Assembly: GCA_964234715.1 (NCBI GenBank) | Contig: OZ174281.1 | Reading direction: 5' to 3' (one strand) | From: Podarcis melisellensis | Lineage: Eukaryota | Length of the DNA: 64,000 bases | In this document: positions 1-12,718 of the stretch, in pieces | How the letters are laid out: each line of letters begins with the position of its first letter | How positions within the stretch are numbered: position 1 is the stretch's first letter | Made by a program: the position numbers and the translations under genes | The notes under the pieces: generated by a model | Told to the model about the DNA's origin: nothing | Seen by the model: the letters and a program-made list of their open reading frames with translations, nothing else | The model's database searches: none

Positions 1-586
1 CCTTTTTTTTAAAGTAAATGTTCGACACTGTGAATTGCAAATGGAAAAAAGATCTAGAAACATTTCTTCTTCTTTCTATTTTGAACTCAAATGTAACAAG
101 CAGCTATTATGAATGATATACTGGAACAAAAACACGATTATGCACTAAAGAGGAAAAACACATCCAAACTTGTGTGTGTTTTTAAGCCAGAACATAATCA
201 TAAAGGTATTGTTTATACAGTAGTTCATTTATACTGCAATAGCAGCACCCAAAAGCTGAAGTCCATAATCTCCCCCTTTTTTTTGACAGCTTGTTCAGCA
301 AGATATGATAACCTGCTACTTTCCCGTACTTCCTTTTGTGTGGGCTGCAACAGCTGCCCCAACCAGTCCTAAATGTTTGGACTGGAATTGTTTTTGCCAC
401 ACTTGCACTATGCCATATTCTGCAAAGTTAAATTGGATTTTTTTATGCCACTCTTAAGAATTTATACCTGACACAGATCTCAGGACATCTTTAAATGGAG
501 CATTTGGATAATCATTCAGATAATCATTCATGTGGCCACAAGCCACATGACCACTGCAGTTCAGTATGTGGTGTTCCAACATCTGG

Positions 587-908
587 TGTTATGTACTGAG
601 TTGAATAGGATCCAAAATGCAGCAGTCTGATTGGTCCTAGAACAATAAGATTCAGAATGCAGCAGTCTGATTGGTCCTAGAACAACGCAGCAGTATGATT
701 GGTCTGCAGAAGCCACCCAATCCAGCTCCAGGTGGAAGTGAATCCTCAACCGGATTGGCCTACAGGGAAATCCCAGAATTAGCCAATCACGTGCGGCCCA
801 TTGTGTAAATAATGTATATAAAGCAGATATTGTGGGGAAACTTTCAATCCTTGCACTATGAGCTGAATAAAGAGCATGAAATCCACACTTGACTCCGAGT
901 ATATTTCA
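587..908 (+). mobile_element. Solo LTR of an LTR retrotransposon (about 322 bp)
   Basis: Starts TGTTATG (587) and ends ATTTCA (908). Near-perfect 5-bp TSD tctgg/tctgt. Internal 40-bp-period duplication (616-645/656-685), six CCAAT/ATTGG boxes, TATATAAA at 815-822 and AATAAA at 866-871 in canonical U3-R order. Confidence 0.8.
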
Positions 909-1480
909 TCTGTTTTCATCGCAAATGGAAGAAACTAAAGTCCTAGCATGGGTAAAACCTGTGCTAGTTTTCTCAAGAACTCATCTGAACTCACCATGAA
1001 CACCTTTTTTGTTCTCTTATAATGGCAATGGGGCCATTTCTGGCTCAAAGAAAGCCGTGGGTAAAACAAACGTACTATTTTGAGGTTCATGTCCTCACTC
1101 TTTCAGGGATTTCTTCATGCACTTCCAAGTTAGTTTTCTGTTGTCAAACTTGGAACTTGAGAAGCTCTGTTTAGTTTTTCTGCTAGAACTGGACCATGAG
1201 TATTTTTATTTTTTACAGATTGTGGTGTTCTGTTGTGCAGTGCATGTACACACAACCAATTATACAACTCTGTACTTGTCATGCACAATATATACTTGCT
1301 TTTCTTCTTTCTCCCTCCACCCCATATTAACAGAGCTAGCACAAGGGGTTTTACCACCTGGTGGAACTAGGCATTGTAAGATCTTCCTATGTCAAGGTGA
1401 AATTGTGCCCTAGAAACTGGCCATGTCAAACGCAGTGTGAAAACCTGGATCTGTGCAGGGTTTTCAGCCCGTTGACCTAA

Positions 1481-1498
1481 GCCCCACTAGGTGGTCAC
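1481..1498 (+). promoter_or_regulatory. Candidate CTCF site
   Basis: gccCCACTAGGTGGtcac matches the CTCF core CCAC(C/T)AG(G/A)(T/G)GG. Motif match only. Confidence 0.35.
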
Positions 1499-2212
1499 CT
1501 ACTTTGCTTTTAAAATGTTTAAAATGCCTTTAAATTACTGTTTTAGTTGTGGTCAATGCACATTGGCAAGATTTGAGAAAATATTGCTTTGCCTGTCTTT
1601 AGAGTCCCTCTCCTAGAATTTATAATATGCTGTCTATGGAAGGAGCCCACCCCCCCACCCCCCGCATATGATTATCCCTGAGAGTATACAAAAGTTTTAT
1701 CTTTTGTCCTAGGTGTTATTACATGGCTTTAACAATTCTGGAATCATAACAGCACAGAAATTTCAAGTGTTTGGCCCATCATCTGGTCTAATTGCTTGTT
1801 CTAAAGTAGAATACCGTACCTCTATCTCTAACAAGCGCCAGTTCAGACTTTTCTTCAAAACATCCAAGTAAGAAGATTGTACAACTCATTAGACTTCTTG
1901 TTTCACTGAAACATTTAACTAATGTTTAACTTAAACCTGCTTTCCAGAAATTTAAGCCCATTCTTTCCTTTCCTATTGTGCTATTGTGAACATTGTTCTT
2001 CCCAACAAGTCTTGCAAACATTTTCAGTCTACCATAGTTTCTTTGTTAGTAAATGCCAATATATTGCTCGACGAATTCAGCAGCATAATCTCACTCTGGA
2101 ATCAGATACAGAATCTGCTCCCCTTTCTTGTCATGTTTGTTATGTACAACCATTAAAACGTCTTCCCAATGGCAATTACATTGATACTATGATACCTAAA
2201 TTGCAAACATTA

Positions 2213-2842
2213 TATCATGGACTGGTTGGATGCAGAGGAATGCTGGGAGGAACCAGATAGGGAACCACTCAGGGAAGAATGCTCAAAGCCTGGGCAGTGG
2301 TGGTGGGACAACAATGAGTGGTCAGAGGGAGAAGCTTGGGAGGAGGTGTCAGAAGCTGAAGAGGTAACAGTGAGCTAGGTGAGTCTGTGGCAGAAAGAAG
2401 TTCAGAATCGGAGGCAGAAGATGAAGCTGCTGAGTGGGAGGAAGGAGGCCAAGAGATGAGCCAGAGAGATAAGTCAAGCAGAGATGTATCAGGCTGGTGA
2501 AAAGTCATGGGTGTCTATTCCTCCTACTGCAACAAGCTCCCCTCCTCCTGTCTCCTAGAACCAGAAGTGGTATGAAAGGGGTGGAGGAGAGGCTGGCTGC
2601 ACACAGACACAGTCTCTGATTGCTTGGGGGGAAACCCTGTAGAGGAGAGGACTTAAGGCAGCTGTGGGGAGGCAGGGACTTTCAGTCTCGTCAACTGATG
2701 CATGGGATAAGAAGACCTACTGGAGATGAGTTGCTGTGCTCATTAGGCCCGATACTCAGGCATGAGAAGATCGCTCTTTTGCTAATAAAGAGTTTACTCC
2801 AACTTTGAATGGTGTGATTTAATGCCGGCTTGCTCTTTGACA
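2213..2842 (+). mobile_element. Second solo LTR (about 630 bp), different family
   Basis: Termini TATCA (likely mutated TGTCA) ... TGACA. 5-bp TSD catta (2208-2212)/cattg (2843-2847). Purine-rich body and AATAAA at 2784-2789, about 55 bp from the 3' end. Confidence 0.7.
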
Positions 2843-2994
2843 CATTGTAGCAGCAATTGCCTTCTGTTGACTGGGAGCATCCGATCCTGGGGTCCTTCTG
2901 AGAGCCCTCGTTCTTCTCCTTTAACTTATAAGCTACTATACAAGCCAATTTAATTTTAATTTTAGCTCAGATTACCACTGGGACAAACCTACCC

Positions 2995-3197
2995 TAAGAA
3001 CATAATAAGAGCCCTGCTGGATTAGGCCAAGCATCCATCTAGTCCAGCATCCTCACAGCATCCTCACAGTGACCAAAGGGATGCTCATAGGAAGCCCAGA
3101 AGTACAACCTGAGTGCAGCTGCGCTTTCCCCGCTAGAGATTCCCAGCACCAGGTATCCAGACTGCATCTGACAGCAGAGGCAGAGCATAGCCATCAT
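2995..3197 (-). mobile_element. CR1-type LINE 3' end fragment
   Basis: Reverse complement reads ...ggatgctggactagatggatgcttggcctaatccagcagggctcttattatgttctta, resembling the reptile CR1 3' end with a (TTCTTATG)-type tail. Confidence 0.65.
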
Positions 3198-3817
3198 ACC
3201 CTAATATGTCCCGACAAATCAGTGGTTGATATCTGCTGAATTAACAGAGACAGAGCAATAAGGCCAAGGCAACAACATGAAGTGAGATATATTGGAGCAG
3301 AAATGGTTCAGATCAGAACCCATTTGATAACTTTAACTAAAAAAAAAAGCAGACTTCTCAACAAGAACATAGAGCATTCCATTAAATAAACACACAAAAC
3401 ATTGTTTCTAGCTCCTAAGACTTACAAACTTCCAAATGTATATATGTGCCCTAACTGATATAATGGGCTTTCTTTCTTTCGTTCATGCTGTAGCACAATA
3501 GCAGCCAAAACTGAGACCTCCTCTAGACAGCATGCCTAATGATAATGGATAATGGGACTTGCAGTATCTGGGGGCACCATATTGGTGGCTACTGCTATAG
3601 AGCATCTTTTCTAAAAAACATAGTTCAAATTAAAAGATCTCTCTAGATTCCTAGAGGAAGAACAGTATGGACTTTAGGCTGAATGGTTTGCCAACGAAGA
3701 AACTGGATACAACTCTCTTCTTTAGCTAAAGGAATAGGTTGTTTATTTATAGAAACTTGCACTTGAAATTTACACAATAGGAAATATTTGCTCAGGTCAC
3801 TAGGCAATACTGTCACC

Positions 3818-3894
3818 AGGAAGGAAGGAAGGAAGGAAGGAAGGAAGGAAGGAAGGAAGGAAGGAAGGAAGGAAGGAAGGAAGGAAGGAAGGAA
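3818..3894. repeat. (GGAA)n microsatellite
   Basis: Direct reading of tandem GGAA. Confidence 0.97.
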
Positions 3895-4873
3895 CTTGTT
3901 GGTCTGGGTGCAACAAAAGATTAAACATAAATTTATATGTTGTTTTTCAACTTCCAACTTGCTGTGACACTGGATGTTATATAATTTCAGTGACATTATT
4001 TCCTATTCATTTGATAATAAGCTTTTCTAATAAATACATAATGAAAGAGCATACATATTAATGAATCCTATGACAAACACGTTAACATGCAACTCTACAT
4101 ATTAATCTTGGTAAGCAGAAATCCTATTTACTTTTTCCTCTTCACTACACTAACATTTTGACAGTTTGCTAGCCCCTCCAGTTCTGTTTCTTCCATTCCC
4201 TGCATACATACTACTGCCTCTGGTCATGTTTGGTAGCAAAAGTGAAGGGCAGGCCACCTTCATCTGGGACGGGAGCAGTACTGCTCTGGAGAAATGAATA
4301 TTATCTCTCCACCAGTTTCATTCAGGTCTGCATGAAGGGCCTTGGAAATGTGCAATAAACATGTGTGTGTGATAATGAGATTGTTGGTGGAAAGTCATCT
4401 TGAAAAGACAAGGAGCAATTAAGCTTGCTTACTTACACAAGTTAGAATGACAAGATGCCACTACTGGCCCCACTCATCCATATAATAGGGTTCTCCTATC
4501 CAGCTTAGCTACACTGGGAAAGGCATTTCCTGTCAAACCTCTGCCATGGCTCCACTGTGACACAATCTGCCTTCTTTCCTTTTGTACACATTTTATTCCT
4601 ACCATCACATCAGTGTCCTAATTTCAACTGTCTATGAGCAAATTCCGGAATTAAAATATTTCTACAATTCAGTGCAAAAGCTCCTTGTAGAACTGAATAT
4701 TTATTTGTATCTGTAGACTCTCTTGTCCAATTTTAATTGCATACTTAAAGGTGTCACTGGATGCACATGTCAGTTGCCCATAAGCGTTTATTAATGCAAT
4801 GTGTTGAGTCAACAGATACTGCACCCACTGTTCGTTATCTTAAAAATTTAGACAGTGTATCTCGGAGGCTATT

Positions 4874-4938
<65 letters not shown>
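4874..4938. repeat. Compound (CA)n(GA)n microsatellite
   Basis: Direct reading. Confidence 0.97.
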
Positions 4939-4942
<4 letters not shown>

Positions 4943-7739
4943 TGGTGGAAGAGAGGGAAACACATGATTATTTGGTAAAGATAATGTAGCCATCGGCTGC
5001 TTGACTGAAATGATGAAGCCATCAATTAAGGAAGGAGCCCACCTCACTGTAAATCAGTGACAAGCATAAATAGTGTATCCAGTTTCTTGTATTAGATGTG
5101 TCATTGTAGATCTCTCTACTTGGTATTTGAGCAAGCTGGAAAATAGCATCAGCATTTTTTCCACATCTGGTGATAGTAAAATTCATTGGGCCCATGGACT
5201 CTTTGGCTACCTGACCCTTTGAAAATTACTCTGATTGCCATACTTCCATCTGCACCTTTTCACATGTGACAGAACAAAGCTATAAACATTCCCTCTTTAT
5301 GTAGCAGAGCTATTCATTTTCAATTCTCTCCCCACCCCAAACTTTTCCTTTTGAAATATGAAATTGTCCTTAAGTTTACAAAAGATTATGATGGCATCAG
5401 CAGATGAAGAATTAAAATGAATTCCTAGTCATTCCTACATTTTCTACATATTTCTCCTACCCTTGCAATATTCAGCACAAATTATCAATGGTTGTGTCCA
5501 CACTAGGCTGTTAAAGTGTATGTGGGATGGTTTCCGCTTTGTTCATATTAACGCTTGCAATTTTATGCCTCCAATGTTTCCCCATTTACACTAGTGAGTG
5601 GTGCTTGTTAGACTGTATTCACACTGTGTGTTTTCGTCCCCTTCATTCAAGTGGTGCTTCTCTGCATTAATTTTTGAAAGACAAGGTTTTCAATCAAACA
5701 TATCTGAACAAGGGAGCAGTAAAATAAATAAATACATAAAATGGGTTGCCACTTCTATTTCAGAGAGAGAGGGGAAGGGGGGGGAGAGAGAAGGGGAGGC
5801 TGTCTCGGGATCTGTAAGTAAATGAAAAATAATCACAAATTTGGTGTGCAACTCTCCTGGATTATATTAAAACTCTTTAGTGTCTGGATCTACTGTGTTC
5901 AACATTTCTGTTTAGTACTTCAATCCACTCCTTTCTTGCTGTATAAATCACTTTATCTTAACAGACCATTGCCAACCTGCAAAGCCATATAAATTCACCA
6001 GAAAGAACTTCACGTGTAGGCTATGTTGTCTATGAAGTTTCTACCGTGGTCACTTCTGTGGCTGAACAACCAAACAGGTTTTAAACTGGAAGACATCTTG
6101 TTTGTTCCTCTATGTGAGTGGCAGTGGTATAATCTTTAAAGACAATTCTGGCTTGTCATACAGGTTCTGTATTGTGCTTGCAAAAGGTTTTTTCAGAATT
6201 ACAGCACAAGTAGACCGAAATTATTGGTAGGCTGAACTTTACTCACCTAATTGCTCCAACTCTGGTGGTGTTTTCAAGACACACAGACAGTAATATAAAT
6301 TGAGAAAAAAATTGCATATGATTACTTTAGTTCCAGGTCAAATTATATGTATGTGGCTTGTCTGGAGTCTACCTTTGTTTAGGCTAACCCATAACACATT
6401 TAGAATATTACAGACACAGTGCTTAAGAAGAAGAAATTACAAATGTGACGATTTGGCAAAATGTTATTTCTCAAAATGTAGAAGGCTATGGGAAGGCATT
6501 TTTCATAATTGGTGGATTATTTGGTTTTGAAAGTGTTCTTATGGGGAAGCAAAGGCTGAAAAAAATGTATAATTCATTTAAAAATGTAATCTATTAGATG
6601 AGAACAAGCATGCCAATTGTAAATTTACTAATAATTTTGTTTTTCAAAAATTAAAGTCTGCTATAAGGGCACCCTCGCCTTCCTCTTCCCTCCTGTACTA
6701 AGGCAAAGATCAGAAAGTAGAGGGAAAGGTCGTTTAGTGTACTGCTGGTAAAATACAAATGAGAAAAAAGGATTAATTATATCACTTATTGCATCCAGGG
6801 GGCCAGGAGGTTTGACCGTCTATTTTACCATACCTTATAATTTTGAAGAATTCAGTGCATTTGGGCATTGCAAATGAACTGCTATCCAAAGCACTGTTAA
6901 TAATCTAAAGTTGGCTGTTAACATTGTAGAAGCCACTGCCTATATAATTTCAGTGAATGACCTGAATGACACTGCAATGGAAAGTGAAATACCTCTCTTC
7001 CTTCTTTATGTTATTTGCCTTGAGCAAAGGCTGCTCCACATTGTGTACGTTTAGTCAAGCCCGCATGATGAAAGGGCAGCAAATAAGCTCAGACTCATGC
7101 TTTGCTAAAGCTTCTTCTTCAGCGGAAAAGACTGAAGCAGAGGTAAAGTGCAAATTGTGTCAGCCAATTTCTGCCTTCTACTCACTAAGTTAAGGTAGAA
7201 ATTGGCTCACACTGTTACATTCCCTAACTAAGCAAAAAAGCAAGTGGGGCTTCCTGTGGTCCACAACGTTGAGACTTGAAGAAACAATTCAGGAGGTACT
7301 AACCGCCCAGGGACCACTTGTAGGAAGACAGCCCTAAACAAGGCAAAGTGTTGGTAAACTGGTTAAGAAAAAGTAGCAAAGAGGTAAGAAGGGATTAGTT
7401 CATGCTCAACAAAAGTCCTAATCTTTTAACTCTGTGGTTTTTCTTTGTGTTCGATCAAAAAATATCACTATAGGTTTACATGGAAATAATATTATCAGTG
7501 CTTCCACATGTTGTTGTTGGATACTTCTTCCTTGTACACAAGGAATTATGACCCTGAATCCTGTAGACTGCCATGGTTTTCAGTGGACTCTGCATAAATT
7601 ATTATGTGATAAGGGCTACATCCCCTTATGTGATAAGGGGTACAGGATTTGAACTTCTGTAGCATTTTCCAAATGTTTTGGACTAAAAACTCATAATCCC
7701 CAAACATTGAACATGCTGTCCAAACAGTTTCTGGAGGGC

Positions 7740-7786
7740 TATTATTATTATTATTATTATTATTAGTAGTAGTAGTAGTAGTAGTA
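7740..7786. repeat. Compound (TAT)n(TAG)n microsatellite
   Basis: Direct reading. Confidence 0.9.
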
Positions 7787-10567
7787 TACCACCCTATATT
7801 GGCAGATCTCAGGGCAGTTCAAAGATGACAGGTTCCTCACATCTTTTCTACGGCTTAGCCATTCCTGAGGAATCGTTATCTCTGTAAGTTTATTCCTAAA
7901 ATCTGCTGTTAAGGACCATAACACAGGCTTTCAAAAGACTGTCACCTCATTTCTGGTAGCTACTTATTCTACATTCACAGCAACAACTTCCTGCTTATGG
8001 TCAATGAATGGGTTGTGTGTTTCCTGCAAACAGAAGTAGAAGTTTTACATGGCACAGCAAGAGGATAGAATGGTATCACAGAAGGGTATGGCGTCATAGT
8101 AAGGTCATCACAATCAGGAGTAGCCAACATGGGAATGACAGGAAGCAGCTTCCAGAAGTTGAACAGTTGTCCATAGAGGCCTTATTCATACATTCAGTTG
8201 GAAGCAGTACTGACATAACGTGAAGAGTTACAAGCCATTTCTCTTTATCACATGAAGTCTCTTTCTCAACCAAGCAGTCATGTGGAGGTCTGGTTCATGT
8301 CATTCTAGAATCGTGACTGGGACTCCGCAATTGGTCCTTCAAGTGGTGGCCTGGGCTTGCTTTGTGGGGAAGGGTAGTAGCTCATACCACTTATTTACCA
8401 CCCTATTTCAGTATCATCTGTGGCTAAAAACTTGGGTATTCTATGTTTTTCACACATGAAAGAGAACTCTTGAAGACATTATGACCGGATTTATATATAA
8501 TGCTAAGCCAAACCAAGCATGAATGAGGTGATCTTTGAGGTGATCACAGCTGACTTGATAAATGTTGATATAGCTGCTGTAAGTTAAACCATGGTTTGGC
8601 TTTGTGTAATTTGAACCTGGATTCATGGTTTGTCTTGCTCTGGACAAACCATCAGCTGTAACCAGTTTCTTCTTGGTTTAGAAACTCCTCTCCAGGAGTC
8701 CACACATTCACACAAAGTCATGTTTTAGCTTACATTGTGCACAAAGTCAACCTTTTAACTTGATCCTGAGTGTGAAATTCACATATAGAAACAGGTTTAT
8801 ATGAATTCCATTATGAGTAAGAACCAATTTTGCACAATCCATTCCAAAGCACCATAGCCAGCACCCAGAGGGCATTCATATTTCCTGTTTCCCATGGGAA
8901 ACATGGAGTGCAAAGATATGGGCAGTGCTGTGCCAGCTCTAACACTGGCATTCATCTTCATGAAAAAGAACATGTGATCTGCACTGTCAAAAAGTGGTGA
9001 TGGAGACTGTGTGTGCGAATGCTATGGGACCAAGTTAGATATTTGCATGCTACTCTAAGTAGGCATATTTGAAGTGGGACTTATCTGTGGATTTTAGAGA
9101 ACAAGAGGAGCAGTTTCCCTATGACTATGCTACACCAGCACAATGTTCTGTTCTGTTTTTCAATATATTTTAAATGGATTTTCAAGAGAACAGTACAAAT
9201 ATCAAATATGCCCCCCATTTATAGCTGCACAATGTTAATGGAGCATAGAAAACCTTTGTTTACGATGATTCAAGCAAAAGATATTAACTGCAGTTTCAAA
9301 TGGGGGTGTGTGTTTAGGTATCAAGAGGTAGGGTGACAATAAATAAGGCAAACAGGTTTCCAAGACCAGTGTTTCTTTTCCTTTTCTAGGATAGGCTCTC
9401 GGTCTATTTTAGACCCTGCTACCAGGGATAGCAATGACAATAAATCCATGTAAATTTATTGAGGTCATGGGTGGTTTTTTATTTTAAAAATTACTATATT
9501 TTCATGGTGTTAGCTAAGGCATGACAAGCAGTATGCTTTTGCGGTTCCCAATACTTTGTGGATGACTGGATTAAGCTGGTTTTCGGTCTTGTACCTTACA
9601 GCCCACCAGAGGCATGCTGACATCACTCAGAACTGTTGTGTGTGTTGTGTGTTACTGCTTCCAGGCAGTGCACCAATTTCCTGTGTGTGCTATTTCTTCC
9701 TACATGAATGAATGCCTCGGAGGTACATTTTCAAGGAAACATGTAAGAGGCCTGTGGACAGAGTTAAGTAACATATATGGTGTGCTTCCATAGTGCATGT
9801 ACTTTCTTTTAGCCACCTTCAAAACAATGCTGGAATGTCAACAGTGACTTAGCTCGGTTTTATCTACTGGTCATGGTTAGGCATGATCACCATTTCCTCT
9901 GGGCTGGACTCTGAAACAACAGTAACATTTCAAATGTCTAGAATTATTATTTTTTGCAATGTGTGACAGCAGGATCCTTCATTCATCCTATCTGTTTCTA
10001 CTTACGATATAAGTACCAGCTCGTTTTCCTGGGTTATATATCTTCTGTGGACCAGCCTGGTTCCATGTTCTAGGTAATGTCCCTTAGCACACCACATTTC
10101 CAGTGGTTATTAAGGCATTTTCAGCTCTTATTGAGGATCCCTGCAATGGATCTGTTAGCTGATAAATATATTTTTTGTGGATCAGCTGCTCATCTTCAGG
10201 TGGCAACTCTGTGTGTATGCCTCAACCAGCACAGGTACATACATGGCATGAAAAAACTAGCTCTAAAACAAAGACATTTACAGTATCTATTTGGAAATAA
10301 AGTCCCATTAAATTCAATGGGACATACTTCTAGAAAACTAGGTGTAGGATATAGTGGTCTAAGTGCTGGTGCAGACACTGCTTTAGGCTGCAGTTCTATA
10401 TACAAACTTACCTGGGAAATAGTCCCACTGAACTCAAAGGGGGACTATTTTGAACAGACATTCATAGGATTGTGCTGTTAATGCTTTCCGTTTCAGTTAC
10501 ATGCTACAAAGCTAAATCCCCAGCACTTGAAAAACATTAGGTTAAGAATTTGAATGGGAGAGATATA

Positions 10568-10796
10568 CAGTGGTACCTCGGGTTACAGACGCTTCTGGTT
10601 ACAGATTCCACTAACCCAGAAATAGTACCTTGGGTTAAGAACTTTGCTTCAGGGTGAGAACAGAAATCGTGCAGCAGTGGCGCGGCGGCAGCAGCAGGAG
10701 GCCCCATTAGCTAAAGTGGTGCTTCAGGTTAAGAACAGTTTCAGGTTAAGAATGGACCTCCAGAACGAATTAAGTTCTTAATCCGAGGTACCACTA
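10568..10796 (+). mobile_element. Non-autonomous Tc1/mariner-superfamily (pogo/Tigger-like) MITE, copy 1
   Basis: TA-CAGTGGTACCTCGG ... CCGAGGTACCACT(A)-TA terminal inverted repeats with TA target duplication. Body is the reverse complement of 46190-46431 (strand is relative to that copy). Confidence 0.88.
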
Positions 10797-12640
10797 TATA
10801 GTCATTTAGACTCCTGCTTTCTCCTTCGTTGCAGATAATACTTACTTGATTGCGACATGTTGATTATTATATTTTGGTTATTTTAAGCTCCTTTTCATTA
10901 GTCGCTTTGGATAGTTTTAGTAGAATGGTGAAGTGTAAATACCTTAAACAAGCAAATTGACAAACTATTTGTGCAGGAGGAGATAAAGGTGGGGAAGAAA
11001 ACATACTAGCTGAAACAAAATTACATTAAATCCTGCTCTGCTGTGATACAAGCCACACATCCATTGATTTAATGTGAAGTACTAACTATGTGAAGGGGTA
11101 CAACACTACACAGGTACTGCTCCTGTAGCAATTACAAATGTAACTGAAATAAAAGCCAGAAACAGGAAGCCCCCACCCTTAAAAAAAAATCATGTCCCCA
11201 AGGCAGGCATCTGTCTTAAATGATATAATTTGTCAACTTTCCAGCATCTTTTAGTTCCGAACACAAAAAGAAGTCCTGTTACACAAAGGACATTACATAT
11301 TCATTAGCTGGAATGTTTCTAAAGTATCTAATGCAGGGTTTTCATTTAATAAGAAGCAGTTACTTGCAACTGTGCAGTGCATAAAAATAAATTCTGGGAA
11401 CACTAATAGCTGTTCTAGTCTGGGTTTGATGGAACTTTTTGTGGACAGGACAAGGGTTTTAAACAGCGATCACATTATTGCCACATGCTAAAAACTAGCA
11501 TGTAGCCTAAAATCTAGATTTTTGCGTGGGGTGATGAAATCTAAAAGTACTAAGGCAGTTTAAACAAGTTATCTATACAGGTCACATGTGAGAGATACCA
11601 CATCTGAAAGTGGTGTGTGTGGTTTTTTTAATCAAAGAAAATAGTAATTAATCTTCTATTTACCCCTCACAATGAGGATTACTTAGTGCATATTTAAACG
11701 GCATATAAGATTTAACTACCGTGCAAACTGCCCCAACGCTGCCCTGCCAATGACCTTAAGCACAACATGGAAGGATGGCCATTCTCTGTAGAAAAGAGAA
11801 GTAATTTATCCACTACAATTGTTTGGTGCCCAGCCCCCTTCTCTAAAACTGAGGCTGACAGTTGTGTTGAATTATGGATAGTGTATTTGCAGTGTGTACA
11901 ATAATCTCTTAAAGTGTTGAGAACATCAAACTTATTTTACTTATAATTTCAGGCTACGTTTAAACAATGGCATTGGAGCAGATGTAATAGTTGCTAAATT
12001 TTTAAATCTCCACAAGCATTTTACTTATAATGGCCTCTATCTTCCAAACACCAAATCCACAGTAAATCCAAATGGAACTTGCACCTAAATAAAGAGTGGG
12101 GAGAAACTGAAATCATAATGTCTTAATAGAATCTGTTTCCTTAGAGTAAATAAAAATAGTGTAAAAACGATCAAAGCCCACAAAAGAGGATGGCCCCCCA
12201 CCCCCTTTTAATGGTGTGCTTTGTTTTTCTTTTACTTGAGGTTACCATATCACCCCAAACATGCACTCACATTCAGGATTTATCATAGCCCCTCAAAACA
12301 TAATAAATTTCTCTTCTCTAGCTTAAGGGATCCATCAGTTAAAATGTTAGTCTTTCATCTTTATTACCCTCCCATTAAAATGAGAGAAACCGGGACTCAC
12401 TTCAGTTTAGAAGAAGCAATTTGGTCGGTAATGTCCTTACTACTCAAGTCTTTACAAAGAGAGAAAAGTGCATTACCGCTTATATTTCACACATATATCT
12501 GACTAAGAAGCAAGTAAACCTTTCAGATGCATACTATGTTAAATTTAATAATATTCTTTGATTAGATTATTTTATTGCAACATTTTGCCATTGCCAGTCA
12601 TTTCCCATACACATTTATGTTAATAAAACCTGCAGTTTTT

Positions 12641-12642
<2 letters not shown>

Positions 12643-12717
<75 letters not shown>

Positions 12718-12718
12718 T
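12643..12718. repeat. Compound (CT)n(GT)n microsatellite
   Basis: Direct reading. Confidence 0.97.

Noticed and set aside
616-702. Short direct repeats with spacers (CRISPR-like look)
   Set aside because: Vertebrate DNA; only 2-3 units within an LTR U3 region and no cas genes.
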